Assembly: GCA_040307385.1 (NCBI GenBank)
Contig: JAWRJQ010000099.1
Location: forward strand, 18,122 to 82,121
Direction of reading: 5' to 3'
Origin: Atopobiaceae bacterium
GTDB taxonomy: Bacteria; Actinomycetota; Coriobacteriia; Coriobacteriales; Atopobiaceae
Length of the DNA: 64,000 nt
The notes under the pieces are model-generated. The model was not told the DNA's origin. It was given only the letters and a program-made list of their open reading frames with translations, and did not search any database. The position numbers and the translations under genes are program-made. This document shows positions 18,633 through 28,540 of this stretch, one piece after another. Numbering within the stretch: the first letter of the stretch is position 1; every line of letters begins with the position of its first letter.

Positions 18633-19579
18633 AGCAGGTCTTCCCTGCGGCGTAAGCGCGGTACGATGATCGATGCTAGAGCAAGCAGCACGAGCACGAT
18701 GATGAGCCACTCGGTTCCGCCGCGTCCCGTGCTGGGGGAGAGAACCTGGAAGAGGTTGAGCGAGAGCGGGTCCCAGCCAAGGATGTTAAGCGCGCTTTGA
18801 TTGCGCCCCACCACCCCTGCGATTGCCGACCTTACCTGTGCGCTTATGAATGCGAGCAGATAGAGGACAACATATGATCCTATGATGGCCTCTGCCGGCC
18901 GCCTGATGAAGAGCGTGAAAACGAGAACCGTGGTTGCCCAGAGGCCGGCGATGATACTCGCTATGACCGACCATACCAAGCAGAACACGAAGGGATGCTG
19001 GTAGAAGAGGGAGGATAGGGGGGCATCTTGAAAGATGCCAATGTATCCTTGGTCACTTGCCCAAACCGGTGCAGCTGGGGCAAAGCAGGCGCAGATAATG
19101 AGGTTGAGCAGGTAGGGCACGAGAACCACGAGTGCGCCGGAGATGAATGCCGCCGTTGCCTTCGCGCGATAGCAGCGTTTTCTGCTCGTGCGCAGAGCCT
19201 CCTGCTGAAGTACGCCCCGCCGCCTCTCAACGCCCCAAGACCATGCATAGGGAGCGGCCACCAGCAGCGGCCAGGTGAGCGTGAATACGCCGAAAAAGAT
19301 TCCGTAGTTGTAGACCGGCATCCAGAGCGCGAAGCAACCCAAACTTGAATAGCTCCTATTTAAGGAAAGCGAAAGCTGCAGGGTGTTCCGAAAGATCGTA
19401 TAGCAATAGGCGGCCGAGCCAATCGCTAGCGCACAGCCGACGGCGAGGGGCAGCCAGAACCACGGGTTCGCGCCGAGCGCCTTTCTCAGTTCGGCGCGGA
19501 CGATGCCGGGAATCCGCGACGGACGCGATGCGCGGGGCTTATCCGACCCTTGTGTGCTGCTGAGCTGCATGGGCATCAC
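18629..19579 (-). CDS. ABC-exporter-associated multi-pass membrane protein
   Basis: Multiple TM segments; APYAWSW..E..R..CY.AK..AAFISG motif; exact start uncertain. Confidence 0.7.
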   Translation of the reverse strand: MMPMQLSSTQGSDKPRASRPSRIPGIVRAELRKALGANPWFWLPLAVGCALAIGSAAYCYTIFRNTLQLSLSLNRSYSSLGCFALWMPVYNYGIFFGVFTLTWPLLVAAPYAWSWGVERRRGVLQQEALRTSRKRCYRAKATAAFISGALVVLVPYLLNLIICACFAPAAPVWASDQGYIGIFQDAPLSSLFYQHPFVFCLVWSVIASIIAGLWATTVLVFTLFIRRPAEAIIGSYVVLYLLAFISAQVRSAIAGVVGRNQSALNILGWDPLSLNLFQVLSPSTGRGGTEWLIIVLVLLALASIIVPRLRRREDLL

Positions 19580-19867
19580 TCTTCATTCAAGCATATACGC
19601 CGTCGGAAGCGCATAAACGATGATTCTCTCCTCATTTCAGGCCTCAGTTCTGCTGCGATTAAGCGTGTTAAGTGTACCCAACAGAGTAGCCCGCTCCTTG
19701 ATATCGATACGGCGCAGAGCGGCATTCTCGCTATAAAAGGTAGGAAATGCCAGATGAACGGGGACGCACCGCACCCCCACAGTCCTGCCCTCCGCACGCG
19801 AACTATCCGCTGAGCGCTTCCGTGGCCTATACTGAGACAAGCACGTACGCACAGCAGCGGAGGTCAG

Positions 19868-21964
19868 ATGGAATCCCTGTACAACAAGTATCGTCCTACC
19901 ACGTTCGATGAGGTCGTGGGCCAGCATCATGTGGTCGAGACGATCGAGCGCGCCGTGCGCGAGCAGCGCGTGAGCCACGCGTACCTGTTCTGCGGACCGC
20001 GCGGCACCGGCAAGACCACCATGGCGCGCCTGCTTGCCAAGGCGCTGCTCTGCCAGCAGGGGCGCGGCGAGCTGCCCGACGGCACCTGCGAAGACTGCAG
20101 GCTCATCGCGGCAGGCAACCATCCCGACGTGCTCGAGATCGACGCTGCCTCCAACACGGGCGTCGATAACGTGCGCGACCAGATCATCTCGCGCGCCAGC
20201 TATGCTCCCGTGCGCGGCGATTACAAGGTCTACATCATCGATGAGGTCCACATGCTCACCCCGGCAGCGTTCAACGCGCTGCTCAAGACCCTCGAGGAGC
20301 CGCCCGAGCACGTGGTCTTCGTCATGTGCACCACCGACCCGCAGAAGATTCTGGGCACGGTGCTTTCGCGCGTGCAGCGGTTCGACTTCCACGCCATATC
20401 CAACAACGACCTGCAGGCGTATCTCGTGGAGCTGTGCGCGCAGGAGGAGATTTCCTACGAGCCCGCCGCGCTCGAGCTCATCGCCCGCAGCGCACGTGGC
20501 GGCATGCGCGATGCGCTCAAAACGCTCGAGCAGCTCGCGCTCTATACCAGCAAGAACGTGACGCTTGATGCTGCGCGCGATATGCTGGGCGAGACGGACG
20601 CGCGCACGCTGGCGCTGGTTTCCCAGGCGCTCGCCGCCCGCGACATCCCCAAGCTTTTCTCGCAAGTCGCCAGCCTCGTCGAGGGCGGACGCGACCTGCT
20701 GCGCTTTACCAACGATCTTGCGGCGCACCTGCGCGATGTGTATGTTGCGGCGGTAGCGGGCTCGGGCAAGGACGTGCTGTCTGCGGCGGACGACCCGGCT
20801 GAGCTTGCTGCGGAGGCGGCGGCGTTCGAAGACGCCGACCGGGTGGCGCGCGCCCTCGGGGTGCTCGCCGATGCAGCGGGCGAGATGCGCCACACCACCA
20901 ACCAGCGCCTTGTTCTGGAGGTTGCCCTCACGCGCATCGCACGCCCCAAGAGCGACCTCACGCTGGACGCCCTTGCCGAGCGCGTGGCGGCTCTCGAGCG
21001 GAGCGTACGCGCCCTTGCATCGCATGCCGGTGCTGCGGCCGCTCATCGTGCGGGCTCTGCGGCGGAGCCTGCCTCAGCGCCTGCTGCGCCGGTTGCGCCC
21101 GAGCCGGCTGCGCCTGCTGCGTCCGCCATGCCTGCCGCGCCCGCAGCGCCCGCAGCGCCGTCGGCCCCGGTTCCGGTGCCCGCGCCCGAACCCGAGCCGG
21201 TTGCCACGCCCGCGCCGAGCCCTGCTCCCGCGCCCGAGCCTGCCCCAATCGCCCCATCCGAGGTCGGCTCGAACAGCGCCGACCTCCAGCGCAGGTGGCG
21301 GCAGACGGTCGAGAAGGTCCGCGCCAGCAGCGCCGCCAAGGGATCCTTGCTCGCCAACGCCGTTCTCGAGTCCGACGATGGCAGCTCCCTCTCGATCGCC
21401 TTCCCTGCAGGCTCGCGCTTCGCCATGCAGATGCTCGTGCGCGAGGACGTGCGTTCGCTGCTCAACGCCGTCATCACCGAGGTGTTCGGCCCGCGCACCT
21501 TCACCTGCCACGAATCCGCCGACGTGGTGCCCGTGCCGCGGGAGGTCGAGCCCGTTGCCGCCCCTGTTCCTGCGCCGCAGCCCATGCCTGCTCCCGTTCC
21601 GCCGCCCTCCCCTGAGCCGTCGTACGAGGAGGTTCCCGCCTCGGCGTACGGAGATGCTGCGGAGGATCGCGAGTCCCCGCCGTGGGAAGACGACGCGCCC
21701 GCGCCGAACCCTGCTCCCGCGCCTGAACCTGCGCCCGAGCAGCCCGCTGCCACCGTTCGCAACGAGGTGGATTACGCTACGCCCAGCGAGCTCGCCAACC
21801 TCGCCGCCATGCTCGAAGACGCATTCGGGCACGGCGTGAACATAACCATGGAGGATGCCGGCACCGATGATATAGATGCTGTCGAGTCCGGAGATGACGA
21901 CGGATTCGACGACTACGACAAGTACGATGGTGAGGGCAGCGCCTCCGACGAAGAGGATAGCTGA
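19868..21964 (+). CDS. dnaX: DNA polymerase III subunit gamma/tau
   Basis: LYNKYRP, GPRGTGKTT, DEVHML and FNALLKTLEEPP motifs; Pro/Ala-rich linkers. Confidence 0.98.
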   Translation: MESLYNKYRPTTFDEVVGQHHVVETIERAVREQRVSHAYLFCGPRGTGKTTMARLLAKALLCQQGRGELPDGTCEDCRLIAAGNHPDVLEIDAASNTGVDNVRDQIISRASYAPVRGDYKVYIIDEVHMLTPAAFNALLKTLEEPPEHVVFVMCTTDPQKILGTVLSRVQRFDFHAISNNDLQAYLVELCAQEEISYEPAALELIARSARGGMRDALKTLEQLALYTSKNVTLDAARDMLGETDARTLALVSQALAARDIPKLFSQVASLVEGGRDLLRFTNDLAAHLRDVYVAAVAGSGKDVLSAADDPAELAAEAAAFEDADRVARALGVLADAAGEMRHTTNQRLVLEVALTRIARPKSDLTLDALAERVAALERSVRALASHAGAAAAHRAGSAAEPASAPAAPVAPEPAAPAASAMPAAPAAPAAPSAPVPVPAPEPEPVATPAPSPAPAPEPAPIAPSEVGSNSADLQRRWRQTVEKVRASSAAKGSLLANAVLESDDGSSLSIAFPAGSRFAMQMLVREDVRSLLNAVITEVFGPRTFTCHESADVVPVPREVEPVAAPVPAPQPMPAPVPPPSPEPSYEEVPASAYGDAAEDRESPPWEDDAPAPNPAPAPEPAPEQPAATVRNEVDYATPSELANLAAMLEDAFGHGVNITMEDAGTDDIDAVESGDDDGFDDYDKYDGEGSASDEEDS

Positions 21965-21978
21965 GAGAGGGGAAACGC

Positions 21979-22317
21979 ATGGCGTACGGACGTCCCAATA
22001 TGGGCGGCATGAACCAGAAGCAGATGATGAAGCAAGCCCGCCAGCTGCAGGAGCAGATGATGGCGGCGCAGGCCAAGCTCGTGGAGACGGAGTTCAACGC
22101 GTCTACGGGAGGCGGCGCCGTCAAGGTTGTGGTCACGGGCGATCTGCGCGTGAAATCGCTTGCCATCGATCCCGAGGCGTTCGATCCCGAGGACATCGAG
22201 ATGCTCGAAGACATGGTTATCGCTGCGGTCAACGATGCCATCGAGTCTGCCGAGGCCGCATCGAGCCAGTCGATGAGCGCGCTCACCGGAGGCCTCAACA
22301 TCCCGGGGCTGTTCTAA
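21979..22317 (+). CDS. ybaB: YbaB/EbfC nucleoid-associated protein
   Basis: GGGAVKVVVTG and LEDMVIAAVNDA motifs; lies between dnaX and recR. Confidence 0.95.
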   Translation: MAYGRPNMGGMNQKQMMKQARQLQEQMMAAQAKLVETEFNASTGGGAVKVVVTGDLRVKSLAIDPEAFDPEDIEMLEDMVIAAVNDAIESAEAASSQSMSALTGGLNIPGLF

Positions 22318-22318
22318 G

Positions 22319-22927
22319 GTGGGCGGAGCCGGCGGCGACAATCGTGCGCTGCAGCGCCTGCTCGACGAGCTGGGTCGCCTGCCCAGTATAGGCCCCAAAA
22401 CGGCTCAACGCATCGCCTTCCATCTGCTCTCGACCGAGAAGGAGGAGGCGCGACGCCTTGCCCAGGCCATCGCCGACGTGACCGATCAGGTGCACTTCTG
22501 CCCCGTCTGCTTCAACTACGCAACGGGCGACACGTGCTCCATCTGCGCCGACGCAACGCGCGACCGCTCCACCATCTGCGTGGTGGCCGAGCCGCGCGAC
22601 GTGACGGCTATCGAGCGCGCCGATACGTACCATGGCCTCTATCATGTGCTGGGCGGCATCATCTCGCCCATGGATAAGATCGGCCCCGAGCAGCTCCATA
22701 TACGCGAGCTGCTCGCTCGCCTTTCGTCCGACGAGGTGGAGGAGGTCATCATCGCCACCAACCCCAACGTCGAGGGCGAGGCAACGGCGACGTACCTTGC
22801 GCGCACCATCCGCCCGCTGGGTATCCGCACATCGCGCTTCGCCATCGGCCTGCCGGTGGGGAGCGAAGTCGAGTATGCTGACGAGATCACGCTCGCCCGC
22901 GCCATCGAAGGGCGCAGCGAGTTCTAG
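22319..22927 (+). CDS. recR: Recombination mediator RecR
   Basis: LPSIGPKTAQR, C4 zinc finger, Toprim domain, EYADEITL. Confidence 0.97.
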   Translation: MGGAGGDNRALQRLLDELGRLPSIGPKTAQRIAFHLLSTEKEEARRLAQAIADVTDQVHFCPVCFNYATGDTCSICADATRDRSTICVVAEPRDVTAIERADTYHGLYHVLGGIISPMDKIGPEQLHIRELLARLSSDEVEEVIIATNPNVEGEATATYLARTIRPLGIRTSRFAIGLPVGSEVEYADEITLARAIEGRSEF

Positions 22928-22946
22928 GCCGGGTAAGGAGGCAGCC

Positions 22947-23627
22947 ATGGCATCCCATTTCAAGCGGAGCTATACGGATGAACGTGACTTCGAGACAAAG
23001 GCGAGCCCTATGGCCACTGATGATATTACCAAGCTGCATTCGGGCGAGGGTGCGCGCAAGTTTGCCGCGCGACCCAAGCAGAGGCGGGAGGAATCCAAGC
23101 CCGCTCGTGCGGCTCTCATCGGAGTTGCTGCAGCCGCCTTGCTCGTGATCGCGGCGGCATTCTTCATCCTGCGCGGCATTCTCGGCCAGCCGGTCGCCAA
23201 CGTGGATGATGCTGAGTCCGGCTCGAACGATGCCCCTCAGCAGGTTGAGGTGAGCGTTGATGCGCAGACGGGTGCGGTTGAGGCGGGTACCATCGACTAC
23301 CTGGGCGAGACGATTTCGATGGAGGTCGTCGAGGGTCATGCTGCGGTTATGGCAACCGACGAGGCGGGCAACCAGCGCACCCTCTTCGTGCTTCCGGGCA
23401 CGCCGACCACCATGCTTTTCTTCAATGGAACCCTGCTCGTTCCCGAGAACCTTTCCGACGGCTGGGATGTTATGGCCTATGTATTGGATGGCGAGGCACA
23501 GCCCGGTCCCATTGTGGAAGATGGCGAGCCCGTTCATGGCGAGGGGGAGATCGTCGAGGCGTATCTTGACGGGGCGGAGCTTGTGGTGACCGACTCCACG
23601 GGCGCCACGGTGCGGCTCGCTCTGTAA
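22947..23627 (+). CDS. Hypothetical single-pass membrane protein
   Basis: AAGGAGG RBS; one TM helix followed by an acidic extracellular domain. Confidence 0.65.
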   Translation: MASHFKRSYTDERDFETKASPMATDDITKLHSGEGARKFAARPKQRREESKPARAALIGVAAAALLVIAAAFFILRGILGQPVANVDDAESGSNDAPQQVEVSVDAQTGAVEAGTIDYLGETISMEVVEGHAAVMATDEAGNQRTLFVLPGTPTTMLFFNGTLLVPENLSDGWDVMAYVLDGEAQPGPIVEDGEPVHGEGEIVEAYLDGAELVVTDSTGATVRLAL

Positions 23628-23701
23628 AAAATGCAGGCGTCCCGCGATTTGCTCTTTACAGCCTGTGCTTTTTTCGCTAAAGTATCCTATGCACTTGTTA
23701 C

Positions 23702-23778
<77 letters not shown>

Positions 23779-23788
23779 GATATTCCGA

Positions 23789-23816
23789 GGTCAGCCCTGT
23801 GCGGCTGGCCTTTTTT
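23789..23816 (+). terminator. Intrinsic terminator after tRNA-Asp
   Basis: GGTCAGCC/GGCTGGCC stem followed by T6. Confidence 0.85.
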
Positions 23817-23882
23817 GTTTCTCTTTCGCAGTTCCCGATGGGGGTTGTTCCCCGGTTGGAGCAAGGCTGCGGCATGCCGCGT

Positions 23883-24039
23883 ACCAAAAATGTCTCTAAT
23901 GCTGCACGGTTTCGGGCATCGGGTACGTATCGCGGCGAACGGATGCATATTTTTTGAGGTGTATGCCGTATTTCTGCATATAAATGCGTCCATGGAGGGC
24001 GTCGGATCGAAACCGTGCAGCATTAGAGACATTTTGTGT
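23883..24039. repeat. 157-bp inverted-repeat element, copy 2
   Basis: Perfect 28-bp inverted arms AAAATGTCTCTAATGCTGCACGGTTTCG at 23887-23914 and 24008-24035. Confidence 0.9.
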
Positions 24040-24288
24040 TCTAAGCATCGCTGCAGCAAACAGGCTGCTGGGGACCGCAGCCCCGCAGGGGGAGTGTTCC
24101 CGCGTGGAACATATAAAACCCGCTTACTTATGTTAGGATGATAGCGTCTACGAGGTGAAACGATGGCTCTGCTCCGAGCTTCGCCCGTAGATTCGCGCCT
24201 TCCCCACTCTGCTTCCGAAGGCCCTCATCGATAGCTCTGCAATCACGTGCTGTCTGCGGCGCCTTATCGAAACGGAGGTCCATTCTGT

Positions 24289-25083
24289 ATGGCGCATGTA
24301 ATTTGCAACGATGTTTCCTTCGCGTACCCCGGATCGGACAGGCTGGTTCTCGGCGGGGTGAACATGGACGTTCCCGAGGGCGAGTTCGTCTGCATCCTGG
24401 GGCAGTCCGGGTGCGGCAAGAGCACGTTTCTGAGGCTCTTGGCCGGTTTGGAAGAGGTTACGAGCGGAGAGCTGCTCCTTGATGGGCAGAGAGTCTCCGG
24501 CGCAGGCCTCGATCGCGGGGTCGTCTTCCAGGATTACGGCCTCTTCCCGTGGATGACAGCGGGCAAGAACATCCTGCTGGGCCTTCAGCAGAAGAACCCG
24601 AAAGGCGACAAGGCGGCGCTCAAGAAGCGCGTCATCGAACTCCTCAATATAGTCGGTCTCGACGGGAGCGTGTACAACCTGTTTCCCAAAGAGCTCTCGG
24701 GCGGCATGAAGCAGCGCTGCGCCATTGCCCGCATGCTCGGCATCGATCCGCCGGTCTTCTTGATGGACGAGCCCTTTGGTGCGCTGGACGCCATCACGCG
24801 CGCGCATCTCCAGGACACGCTCATGGGCGTGTGGCAGCTCGAGGAGAAGAAGACCGCTTTCTTCGTCACCCACGACGTCGACGAGGCGCTGCTGCTTGCA
24901 ACCAAGATCTACGTGTTCGGGCAGTCGCCGGCCGGCGTGATCTACTCGTGCGAGGTCCCTCGCGGCGAGCGGGTAACGCGCGAGGGCATCTTCGCCGACG
25001 CCGATCTATTGGAGTTGAGAACCGAGCTCATCCGGCAGATGAACTTGGATGTTACCGGACATATGCAGGCACAGGCCCACTAG
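24289..25083 (+). CDS. NitT/TauT-family ABC transporter ATPase
   Basis: GQSGCGKST, VVFQDYGLFPWMT, LSGGMKQR and MDEPFGALD motifs. Confidence 0.93.
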   Translation: MAHVICNDVSFAYPGSDRLVLGGVNMDVPEGEFVCILGQSGCGKSTFLRLLAGLEEVTSGELLLDGQRVSGAGLDRGVVFQDYGLFPWMTAGKNILLGLQQKNPKGDKAALKKRVIELLNIVGLDGSVYNLFPKELSGGMKQRCAIARMLGIDPPVFLMDEPFGALDAITRAHLQDTLMGVWQLEEKKTAFFVTHDVDEALLLATKIYVFGQSPAGVIYSCEVPRGERVTREGIFADADLLELRTELIRQMNLDVTGHMQAQAH

Positions 25084-25126
25084 AGACGCTTCAAGTTCCA
25101 ACATGCGAGGTAAAGGAGAGAGCGCA

Positions 25127-26263
25127 ATGAACCAGATGGATTTCTCGCACGTATCGATGTCCCGCAGGTCGTTCCTGGGAGGTGTGGGCGTCGCTGCAGC
25201 TGCCGCCCTGTCAGGCTGCGGCGGCGAGACGCCTTCCGATCCCGTCGAGACGGATTCCCCCGCACCTTCGGGAGATAACCCCGCCCTGGCCGAGGTGCCC
25301 GAAACCTCGACCATTCACTGGGCGCGCGCGAACAGCGGCAACATCTTCGTGACGCTCGGCCAGAAGAAGGGCTACTTCGCCGAGTACGGCCTGGAGGTCA
25401 TCGAGAACCCGGTGCAGAACGACGTCGATGCGATGACGTCGCTCAGCAGCGGCAAGGTCGATGTCACGTCCAACCAAGGCACCGTCACGCCCCTGCAGCA
25501 CATCGCCAGCGGCGAGGACTTCACGATCGTCGGCGGCTACATGCTGCAGGGCATGTACATGGTCGCCCGCACCGGCACCTTCACGTACAACGGCCCCGAG
25601 GATCTGGTCGGCAAGAAGATCGCCCACAAGGCCCCGCAGATTCCCGTCTGCTACGCGCTCGATCAGATCGGCGAGGATCCGCTGACCGCCGTCGAATGGG
25701 TCCAGACCGACACCGGCGCCGACCGTCTGACGGCAGCCATTACCGGCGAGGCCGATCTCGGCTATCTGTCCGGCGACCTGCTGTATCAGGTTGGGCAGAA
25801 CCCCGATGTCGAGATCGTCGTCTACGCCGACGAGCTCATGCCCGCATACGGCTGCTGCCGCATGAACATGCGCACCGAGTTTGTCGAGAACAACCCGACT
25901 ACCGTGAAACTGCTGCTCAAAGCCTTGATCCGCGCCGAGGCGTACTTCCAGGCCAACAAGGACGAAGCCTGCGAGATCCTGGCCGAGGAACTCAACACCA
26001 CGCCCGAGTTCTGCGCAGCCTACCTCAAGAACGAGCACTACATCATCTCGATCGACCCCGTGCGCAATCAGGTTCTGAAGAGCTGGGATATCATGAAGAA
26101 GATCAACTACGTTGACGAAGAGCAGGCCAAGACCGACGTTGACGGCCACATCAACACGAGCATCTACAAGACCGCGCTCGACGAGGTCATTGCCGAGCAT
26201 GGCGACGAGTATCCCGAGTGGTGGGCAGGCCGCCAGGAGTTTTTCGATGAGTACAATGTCTGA
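25127..26263 (+). CDS. NitT/TauT (SsuA/THI5-like) substrate-binding lipoprotein
   Basis: Twin-arginine signal SRRSFL plus lipobox LSGC; operon context. Confidence 0.85.
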   Translation: MNQMDFSHVSMSRRSFLGGVGVAAAAALSGCGGETPSDPVETDSPAPSGDNPALAEVPETSTIHWARANSGNIFVTLGQKKGYFAEYGLEVIENPVQNDVDAMTSLSSGKVDVTSNQGTVTPLQHIASGEDFTIVGGYMLQGMYMVARTGTFTYNGPEDLVGKKIAHKAPQIPVCYALDQIGEDPLTAVEWVQTDTGADRLTAAITGEADLGYLSGDLLYQVGQNPDVEIVVYADELMPAYGCCRMNMRTEFVENNPTTVKLLLKALIRAEAYFQANKDEACEILAEELNTTPEFCAAYLKNEHYIISIDPVRNQVLKSWDIMKKINYVDEEQAKTDVDGHINTSIYKTALDEVIAEHGDEYPEWWAGRQEFFDEYNV

Positions 26264-27056
26264 TTCCCGGCCGACAAGCACCACGAAGAAGAGCGCCAAT
26301 CCCGTGGTCGCGTTTGCCATGAAATACTGGATCACCGGGCTGATCTTCCTTGCCATCGTGCTCGTGTACGCCTTCATCGCCGAAAACGGGATCCTGAACA
26401 ACTTCCTGTTCCCGTCGATCAGCCTCATCGGGGAAGCGTTCGTCAACAACTGGCATATCTTCTTGATGAACATGGTCTACTCGTTCAGGCTGCTGGTTCC
26501 CGCCGTCGCGATCGCGACACTCGTGGCGCTCATCATCGGCTTTCTGCTGGGAATCAGCGGTCGCGTGCGTGAGGTGTTCCACCCGGTGGTGTATACCGTC
26601 AGCGTGATCCCGTCGATCCTGCTCGCACCGTTCGCGCTTCTGCTCGCCCCGAGCTTCAGGGCCGCATCGCTGTTCCTGGTAACGTTCGCGACGATCTGGC
26701 CGACGCTGTTCGCTACGATCACGGGCGTCCAGACCATCGACAAGCGCTATCTGGACAACGCCGCGACCTTGGGCTTGACGGGCTTCAAACGGTTCTACAA
26801 GGTCGTGCTGCCCGCCGCGAGCCCATCCATCATCGCCGGCTTCGTCAACGCGCTGCGCGGCTCGTTCGTCACGCTGGTGTACGCCGAGATGTATGGCGCC
26901 CAGTACGGCATGGGCTTCTTCGTCAAGAAGTACACCGAGTACGGGCTGTATGGAGAAGCCTGGGCGGGGTTCGTCTTCATGGTCGTCGTCCTGGTGATCG
27001 TCATGCAGATTTTCGAGAAGATCAAGAACCACATGCTGCGATGGGCCATAGACTAG
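26256..27056 (+). CDS. NitT/TauT-family ABC permease
   Basis: TM helices and EAA-like loop (NAATLG..KVVLPAASPSI). Confidence 0.9.
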   Translation: MSDSRPTSTTKKSANPVVAFAMKYWITGLIFLAIVLVYAFIAENGILNNFLFPSISLIGEAFVNNWHIFLMNMVYSFRLLVPAVAIATLVALIIGFLLGISGRVREVFHPVVYTVSVIPSILLAPFALLLAPSFRAASLFLVTFATIWPTLFATITGVQTIDKRYLDNAATLGLTGFKRFYKVVLPAASPSIIAGFVNALRGSFVTLVYAEMYGAQYGMGFFVKKYTEYGLYGEAWAGFVFMVVVLVIVMQIFEKIKNHMLRWAID

Positions 27057-27096
27057 CCGGCAATGCTGCCGGCAGGAAGCGGTAAGGTGAGGGTAT

Positions 27097-28287
27097 ATGA
27101 GGATCACGAAGGTAGACGTCGTTCTTATCGAAGAGATGCCAGAGGACAATCCGGCGTGGTCGCCTGTTGTATGCCGCGTATACACCGATGAGGGCATATA
27201 CGGCGACGGCGAGGCTGCGATGTCGTACGGCCATCCATCGCGCGGGGCATTCGGGGCGGTTCAGGACTATGCGCGGCTCGTGATAGGCAAGGATCCCCTG
27301 CAGAGCGAGAAGATCTGGGAGGACCTGTACAAGGGCACGTTCTGGGGCCAGAACGGAGGCCCGGTTGTCTTCGCCGCCATCTCGGCTCTGGACGTGGCGC
27401 TGTGGGATATCAAGGGCAAGTACTTCAATGCGCCCGTCTACCAGCTGCTCGGTGGGAAATGCCGCGACAGCTTGCGCTGCTATGCCAGCCAGCTGCAGTT
27501 CGGTTGGGGCGACAGGAAAACGCCCGCGTACACCATCTCCGAGTACGTTGAGAACGCCAACCGTGCGCTGGATGAAGGCTACGATGCTGTCAAGTACGAC
27601 TTCTTCACCTTTGACGAGGAGGGCGGCCAGTTCACCTACCGGCAGACCAACGGGCTGCTGCCGCCGCGCCTGACCGATCTGGTGCGCAGGCGCGTGGAGG
27701 CCGTGCGCGAAGCCGTGGGCCCCGACGTCGATATCATCATGGAGAACCACTCCAACATCGATGCTCAGGGCGCCGTGCAGCTTGGAAAGCTGGTGGAGCC
27801 CTACAACCTGTTCTATTACGAGGAGCCGTGCACGCCAACGCCGCGCCTTACCAAGCTCGTCCATGACAACGTGCGCATCCCCATTTCCCAGGGCGAGCGC
27901 GTGTATTCGCGCTGGCAGTATGCCGAGTACTTCGCGAATGGTTCCGTCCAGCTGATCCAGCCCGATCTGGGCAACTGCGGCGGTCTGACCGAGGGGAAGA
28001 AGATCTGCGACATGGCGCACGTGTTCGACGTGGGCGTGCAGGTGCACGTGTGCTCGAGCCCGCTGCTCACCGCCGCTGCGCTTCAGCTCGAATGCGTGAT
28101 CCCCAACTTCGTCATCCACGAGCACCACGTGTACAACCGCTTCGATTACAACAAGCGGCTGTGCGTGCACGATTATCAGCCGGAGAACGGGCGTTACTCG
28201 GTGCCCGATCTCCCGGGCATCGGCAACGAGCTCAGCGAGTACGTTTTCGAGCACGGCGAGGTGGCGACGATCGGCCAAGCTCTCTGA
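27097..28287 (+). CDS. Mandelate racemase/muconate lactonizing enzyme family protein (acid-sugar dehydratase-like)
   Basis: ALDVALWDIKGK, EEP, GER and QPDLG enolase-superfamily motifs. Confidence 0.9.
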   Translation: MRITKVDVVLIEEMPEDNPAWSPVVCRVYTDEGIYGDGEAAMSYGHPSRGAFGAVQDYARLVIGKDPLQSEKIWEDLYKGTFWGQNGGPVVFAAISALDVALWDIKGKYFNAPVYQLLGGKCRDSLRCYASQLQFGWGDRKTPAYTISEYVENANRALDEGYDAVKYDFFTFDEEGGQFTYRQTNGLLPPRLTDLVRRRVEAVREAVGPDVDIIMENHSNIDAQGAVQLGKLVEPYNLFYYEEPCTPTPRLTKLVHDNVRIPISQGERVYSRWQYAEYFANGSVQLIQPDLGNCGGLTEGKKICDMAHVFDVGVQVHVCSSPLLTAAALQLECVIPNFVIHEHHVYNRFDYNKRLCVHDYQPENGRYSVPDLPGIGNELSEYVFEHGEVATIGQAL

Positions 28288-28343
28288 TTGTGGGCGTTCT
28301 GGTACACAGGGAGCCTATAATCTGCTAATATGTTCTCCGCAAT

Positions 28344-28420
28344 CGGGACGTGGCGCAGTTTGGTAGCGCGCACGGTTCGGGACCGTGAGGTCGCTGGTTC
28401 GAATCCAGTCGTCCCGACCA
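28344..28420 (+). tRNA. tRNA-Pro(CGG)
   Basis: Cloverleaf, anticodon loop TT-CGG-GA, CCA. Confidence 0.97.
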
Positions 28421-28428
28421 GACATTCT

Positions 28429-28465
28429 AGGGTCAGAGGCGCAGCCCTCTGGCCCTTTTCCTTTC
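28429..28465 (+). terminator. Intrinsic terminator after tRNA-Pro
   Basis: AGGGTCAGAGG/CCTCTGGCCCT stem with a T-rich tail. Confidence 0.8.
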
Positions 28466-28540
28466 GAACATAACCGCTCATTGAGCAGCTCGACCGTTCA
28501 ACCACTCTGGAGCGTACGGAAATGATACCATTTAGAGGTG

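Noticed and set aside
19576-19797. 73-aa minus-strand ORF as substrate of the ABC cassette
   Set aside because: No signal or leader peptide features, no clear RBS and atypical composition. It is probably promoter region.
21040-21760. Pro/Ala-rich repeats in dnaX and a possible gamma-subunit frameshift site
   Set aside because: Low-complexity linkers are normal in actinobacterial DnaX, and no A6G slippery site is visible.
24070-24113. GTGTTCCC/GGGG hairpin repeats (also at 32545, 47322, 60605) resembling type I-E CRISPR repeats
   Set aside because: Units are adjacent with an 18-nt period, with no unique spacers, only 2-3 units per site and no cas genes.
24120-24288. Possible riboswitch before the NitT/TauT transporter
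   Set aside because: Only weak hairpins; no TPP, SAM or guanidine consensus recognised.
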